This document shows positions 59,949-64,000 of a DNA stretch of 64,000 nt, one piece after another. Within the stretch, counting starts at the first letter, position 1; each line of letters opens with the position of its first letter. The position numbers and the translations under genes are program-made. The stretch lies in the NCBI GenBank assembly GCA_964619725.1, contig CAZUFC010000025.1, positions 1 to 64,000 of the forward strand. Direction: 5' to 3'. Below the pieces are notes generated by a model. It was not told the DNA's origin. It did not search any database and saw only the letters and a program-made list of their open reading frames with translations. The stretch is from an uncultured bacterium (GTDB lineage: Bacteria; CSSED10-310; CAZUFC01).

Positions 59949-61036
59949 AGGAGACTCCACAGGGTCATGACGAAGGCGTATGCCAGAAAAGCATAGGCGC
60001 TGTATGTTATGATGCGGCCTTTTTTGCCCATTGGGTCGCTATCGATGACGGGGAGCAGAAAAAAGAGGAATCCGCCCAGGAGGATAAGCATTATTGAGAC
60101 GGTTTCTCCGGAAACGATGAGCATATCGGCGGGGAAGAGTTTCAAGGTTTGGAATATAAAAAGGAAATACCATTCCGGTTTGATGCCTTCGGGCGCCGGC
60201 GCCATTAAATCGGCCTGTTTGCCGAGTGAGGGCGGTAAAATTACGGCCAGTGTGATCAGTATACCGAAGAGCGCAGCCCATACTGCGGCTTCCCGGTAAA
60301 TGAAATTGGGCCAGAAGGGCAGTGTTTTGACTTTCTTTTTTTCATGTTCGGCATCCAGGGGATAACTTATACCATGCCGCTGGATCAAAAAAAGGTGCAG
60401 ACCGATGACTGCCAGTATAGCGAGTGGAATCATCGATACATGAGCGCCGAAAAAGCGGCTGAGAGTATCCCCGGTAACGTCGTCACCGCCTCTCAGCAGT
60501 TGCGTGATCCAGGTTCCTACCACGGGAATGCTCCGGGGAAAATCCGTACCGACCTTCGTCGCAGCCAGCGATAACGTATCCCAGGGAAGAAGATATCCTG
60601 TGAAACCGAATGAAAGCGAAAGAACAAGCAAGGCGACTCCCGTCATCCAGGTCGGTTCTCTTGGTTTTCGGTAAGCTTTTGTGATCCAGATGCCCATCAT
60701 GTGAAGAACAACAAAAATTACCATGAAAGAAGCGCCCCAGTGATGAACGGAACGTATGATCCATCCCAGGGGTAATTCCGTCATGATCCTGGCCACGCTT
60801 TCATTCGCCTGTTCAAGAGTCGGCTTGTAATAACACATCAGCATGAAACCTGTGACGACCTGGATACCGAAAAACAGCAGGATCAGGCTGCCCGTATAAT
60901 ATAAAATTGTGTGCCTGGTCTGAGGTATCTCCTTGTTTCTTAAAAAAGTTAATATGTCGAATATTCCGAGACGTTCATCAAGCTCTTTTACGATTTTGTC
61001 CATCAAGTTCTTAATGTTCGTCATATTCCTCATCAT
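59945..61036 (-). CDS. Cytochrome b of a Rieske/cytb complex (b6-like plus fused subunit IV)
   Basis: RSVHHWGAS...LH, FTGYLLPWD, H-x14-H spacing in helix D, PEWY; start could be 61024. Confidence 0.93.
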   Translation of the reverse strand: MMRNMTNIKNLMDKIVKELDERLGIFDILTFLRNKEIPQTRHTILYYTGSLILLFFGIQVVTGFMLMCYYKPTLEQANESVARIMTELPLGWIIRSVHHWGASFMVIFVVLHMMGIWITKAYRKPREPTWMTGVALLVLSLSFGFTGYLLPWDTLSLAATKVGTDFPRSIPVVGTWITQLLRGGDDVTGDTLSRFFGAHVSMIPLAILAVIGLHLFLIQRHGISYPLDAEHEKKKVKTLPFWPNFIYREAAVWAALFGILITLAVILPPSLGKQADLMAPAPEGIKPEWYFLFIFQTLKLFPADMLIVSGETVSIMLILLGGFLFFLLPVIDSDPMGKKGRIITYSAYAFLAYAFVMTLWSLL

Positions 61037-61503
61037 TATGCCGTTCCGTCTTCTTCCTCTCTCTCTTCTCTCCTTATGATGAGATTCTCACCTTCTATGT
61101 AGATGAATAGGGTGCGGAGAGGTTTGGGCGGAGGACCTTTAATATTGATTCCGTTTTCATCGTACCAGCCGTCGTGGCAGGCGCAGAAAAATTTTCGTTT
61201 ATCCGGCAGGTATTTGACGTTGCAGTCAAGATGAGTGCATACGGCTACGAAAGCGGTTAAAGAGCCGTCGTCGTTTCTTTTCAACAGTCCGGGCTTGGCC
61301 CCCCAGGGGAAAACTTTCGTCGAATTGACAGGTATCTCTTTGTAATCCGCAAAAGGCAGAATGACTTCTTCCGGTTCCCGGTAAGGAGGAAAAACGAAGC
61401 GGGCAACGGGATAAGTCAGGAATCCCAGGAGCGCGGCCAGCCATCCGCCCAGCATACTGTTTAAAAATTCTCTTCTCGAAAACAGTGAAGATTTTAATTT
61501 CAT
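61036..61503 (-). CDS. Rieske [2Fe-2S] protein
   Basis: SRREFL Tat-like motif with TM helix, CTHLDC and CACHDG boxes, GPPPKPL. Confidence 0.93.
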   Translation of the reverse strand: MKLKSSLFSRREFLNSMLGGWLAALLGFLTYPVARFVFPPYREPEEVILPFADYKEIPVNSTKVFPWGAKPGLLKRNDDGSLTAFVAVCTHLDCNVKYLPDKRKFFCACHDGWYDENGINIKGPPPKPLRTLFIYIEGENLIIRREEREEEDGTA

Positions 61504-62225
61504 CGTTTCAGCCTGAAAATTCTTTTAAATTTCTCAAAAACAAGTTTTCTTCTCAGCGCTTCAATGCCGTCCGCAGGCCTTACCTCTTTGGGACAGACCT
61601 CGTTGCACCGAAAAATAGTGTCGCAACCCCAGGCCGCATTTTCCGTGTTGACTTCGAATAGCTCTTCATAAGACCTTTTATCGCGAGGGTCTGCGACAAG
61701 ACGGTAGAGTTTCGCCAGGGCCGCCGGTCCGTAATAACTTTGATCTCTCGAAACCACGGGACATGCCGCATAACAGCAGCCGCACATAATGCAGGTGATG
61801 TACTGCTGGATTTTTTCCATTTCGCTCTCTTCAATACGGTAACCATCACCTGCCGGATGCTCGTTGGAATGAACATAGGGCCTGATCTTGTCCAGCGCTT
61901 CCCAGAACGGCTGCATATCCACTATCAGGTCCTTCAGTATCTCGAAATTGGGCATGGGTTCTATGACGACGAGTTTTGAGCCGAGCGACTCCAGGAGGGT
62001 ACGGCAGGCCAACACTATTTCTCCGTTGACCACCATGCCGCAGGAACCGCAGACAGCCTCACGGCAACTGTACCTGAATGCCAGCCCCTCATCCTGTTCG
62101 TTGCGTATCTCCATCAAGGCGTCCAGAATAGCATTTTTTTCATTCGTTTCGACAGTATAGTCCTGAAAATAGGGCATTTCATCCTGTTCAGGGTTGTATC
62201 TGAGAATCCGGAAAAGATACTCCAT
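61500..62225 (-). CDS. sdhB: Succinate dehydrogenase/fumarate reductase iron-sulfur subunit
   Basis: SCREAVCGSC..LAC, DLIVD, CIMCGCCYAACP, CDTIFRCNEVCP ([3Fe-4S]-type). Confidence 0.93.
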   Translation of the reverse strand: MEYLFRILRYNPEQDEMPYFQDYTVETNEKNAILDALMEIRNEQDEGLAFRYSCREAVCGSCGMVVNGEIVLACRTLLESLGSKLVVIEPMPNFEILKDLIVDMQPFWEALDKIRPYVHSNEHPAGDGYRIEESEMEKIQQYITCIMCGCCYAACPVVSRDQSYYGPAALAKLYRLVADPRDKRSYEELFEVNTENAAWGCDTIFRCNEVCPKEVRPADGIEALRRKLVFEKFKRIFRLKR

Positions 62226-62226
62226 A

Positions 62227-63930
62227 TCAGTAACTTCGCTCTGCAGGTTTATGTTTTTCGATATTGACCTCTTTATAGCTGATCTTAACATCGCCGGTAT
62301 CCAGGCGGGTTATCAGCGTGTGCTTCAGCCATTCCTCATCATTGCGCTTTGGAAATTCCAGACGATAATGAGAACCCCGGGTCTCTTCACGGTTAATCGC
62401 TCCCCTGACGATCACATCGGCCAGATGAAGCATGGACTCAAATTCGATGAAGTTCACAAGCGCCTGACAATATCGCAACGTATCGCTGTTGATGAAAACG
62501 TTTTCGGCCCTTTCCTGAAGCTCGTGGATTTTTTGTAAAGCCCCGGAAAGTTCGCTTTTCTTTCTGAATATTCCGGCCTTGTCCATCATGGTGTCTTTCA
62601 ATTCAGCCATCAGATGATGTATTTTTTCTCCGGAATGCCGGTTCTTCAGTCGCTGGAGTTTACGTTCAAGCTCTTCAGCGGCTGAATTTATGTGCTTTTC
62701 GTCGTGTGAGCGGCTTTCGCGACCTTTGAAAAATTGAGTGGCCTGTTCACCGGCGATTTTACCGAAAACCACGGTTTCCAGAAGCGAGTTGCCTCCGAGC
62801 CGGTTGGCGCCGTGAACGCTGACGCAGGCGCACTCGCCTGCAGCGTACAGGCCATCCGCTTCAGCGGCGCGGCAGTTGCCGTCTACGTCGATGCCCCCCA
62901 TGGAATAGTGTTGGGCCGGTTGAACGGGAATGGGCGTTTCTATGGGGTCGAGTCCGCCGAATTTCATGCAAATTTCCCTGATGCTGGGGAGACGTTTTTT
63001 GATTTTTTCAGCGCCCAGGTGTCTCAGGTCAAGGTGAACGCAGCATTCGTCAAAACCGTTCCCCTGGTCGATCTCCGTCTGGATCGCCCGGGACACAACG
63101 TCCCGTGATGCCAGCTCCATCGCATTGGGGGCATAATTCCGCATGAAACGCTCGCCTTTGTTATTGAGCAGGTATCCCCCTTCGCCGCGGGCTCCTTCCG
63201 TAATAAGAATATTCTTGCCCACCAGGGATGTGGGATGGAATTGGACGAATTCCATATCTTTCAGAGGTAATCCGGACCTGTATGCGATCGATATTCCGCT
63301 GCCGTGATTGATGAAAGCGTTCGTCGTTTTTTTATACACCCGGCCGTACCCGCCTGTGGCGAAAATTATCGTATCAGCCTGAATGGGTACAATCTCGCCC
63401 GACGACAGATCAATCGCCAGTATCCCGATTACTCGCTCGCCCTGACGTATTAAACGGGTCATTAAAAATTCTTCGTAAAATTTTATGCCCCTTCGAATCA
63501 GATGATCGAAAAGCGTATGAAGGATAACATGTCCGGTACGGTCAGCAGCATAACACGTTCGCGGGAAACCCGCTCCGCCGAAAGGTCGCTGAGCGATAAC
63601 GCCGCCGGGAAAACGGCTGAAAGGCACACCCAGAAATTCCAAATCGTAAATCGCAGGTACAGCCTCGCGACACATCAGTTCTACTGAATCCTGGTCCGCC
63701 AGATAATCGCTGCCTTTGATCGTGTCAAAAGCATGCCTTTCGGTACTGTCCTCTTTTCCTTCCGGATTGTTGCCCAATGCCGCATTTATCCCGCCCTGGG
63801 CAGCTATGGAATGAGACCTGAGCGGGTGAACCTTTGAAACCACGGCGACAGATATGTCCCGGTCACTTGCCAGGGCCGCCGCCAGACCCGTCAGTCCACC
63901 CCCCACTATCAGGATGTCATGACTGATCAT
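62227..63930 (-). CDS. sdhA: Succinate dehydrogenase/fumarate reductase flavoprotein with covalent-FAD His
   Basis: [51 protein letters not shown]. Confidence 0.95.
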   Translation of the reverse strand: MISHDILIVGGGLTGLAAALASDRDISVAVVSKVHPLRSHSIAAQGGINAALGNNPEGKEDSTERHAFDTIKGSDYLADQDSVELMCREAVPAIYDLEFLGVPFSRFPGGVIAQRPFGGAGFPRTCYAADRTGHVILHTLFDHLIRRGIKFYEEFLMTRLIRQGERVIGILAIDLSSGEIVPIQADTIIFATGGYGRVYKKTTNAFINHGSGISIAYRSGLPLKDMEFVQFHPTSLVGKNILITEGARGEGGYLLNNKGERFMRNYAPNAMELASRDVVSRAIQTEIDQGNGFDECCVHLDLRHLGAEKIKKRLPSIREICMKFGGLDPIETPIPVQPAQHYSMGGIDVDGNCRAAEADGLYAAGECACVSVHGANRLGGNSLLETVVFGKIAGEQATQFFKGRESRSHDEKHINSAAEELERKLQRLKNRHSGEKIHHLMAELKDTMMDKAGIFRKKSELSGALQKIHELQERAENVFINSDTLRYCQALVNFIEFESMLHLADVIVRGAINREETRGSHYRLEFPKRNDEEWLKHTLITRLDTGDVKISYKEVNIEKHKPAERSY

Positions 63931-63999
63931 TTAATAATTCCTGGTAAAATAAACCGCCAGAAGCATCACGCTCAAACATATACTGCAGATCGTGAATAT
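63931..63999 (-). CDS. 3' end of an upstream membrane protein, probably an Sdh membrane anchor (partial)
   Basis: Open frame IFTICSICLSVMLLAVYFTRNY-stop directly abutting the sdhA ATG. Confidence 0.5.
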   Translation of the reverse strand: MFTICSICLSVMLLAVYFTRNY

Positions 64000-64000
64000 C

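Overview
This is a gene-dense window from an anaerobic bacterium. The Pro/Thr-linker surface proteins suggest an uncultured candidate lineage, but taxonomy cannot be fixed from the sequence alone. The core (about 12.2-45.0 kb) is a redox and carbon-metabolism island. It contains an hdrA'-mvhD-fdhB-fdhB-mvhD operon; larA with two mdh paralogs; and a co-oriented run fumA(alpha/beta)-sucCD-hdrA-mvhD-hdrC-hdrB-frdB-frdA. It also contains a group 3c MvhGA hydrogenase operon that continues into a GlcD-type flavoprotein, a chimeric GlcF/HdrA Fe-S adaptor and MvhD, followed by an SSADH and a 2-oxoacid:ferredoxin oxidoreductase with duplicated, partly degenerate alpha and beta subunits. Two genes are split in the ORF track only because of an in-frame TGA, and both look like selenoproteins: a secreted multidomain redoxin (UxxC) and a PrxU peroxiredoxin. 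Each has a hairpin whose G-containing loop starts 18 nt after the UGA. The flanks encode large secreted proteins (a 3426-aa beta-helix/dockerin/cohesin protein, a collagen/tail-fibre-like protein, an HExxH metallopeptidase), a PAS-GAF-GGDEF-EAL protein with an IS1182-derived ORF, and an sdhAB-Rieske-cytochrome b operon. The best candidates for an undescribed system are the hydrogenase-to-2-hydroxyacid-dehydrogenase wiring and the Hdr-coupled soluble fumarate reductase. All functional calls are by motif recognition; no searches were run.
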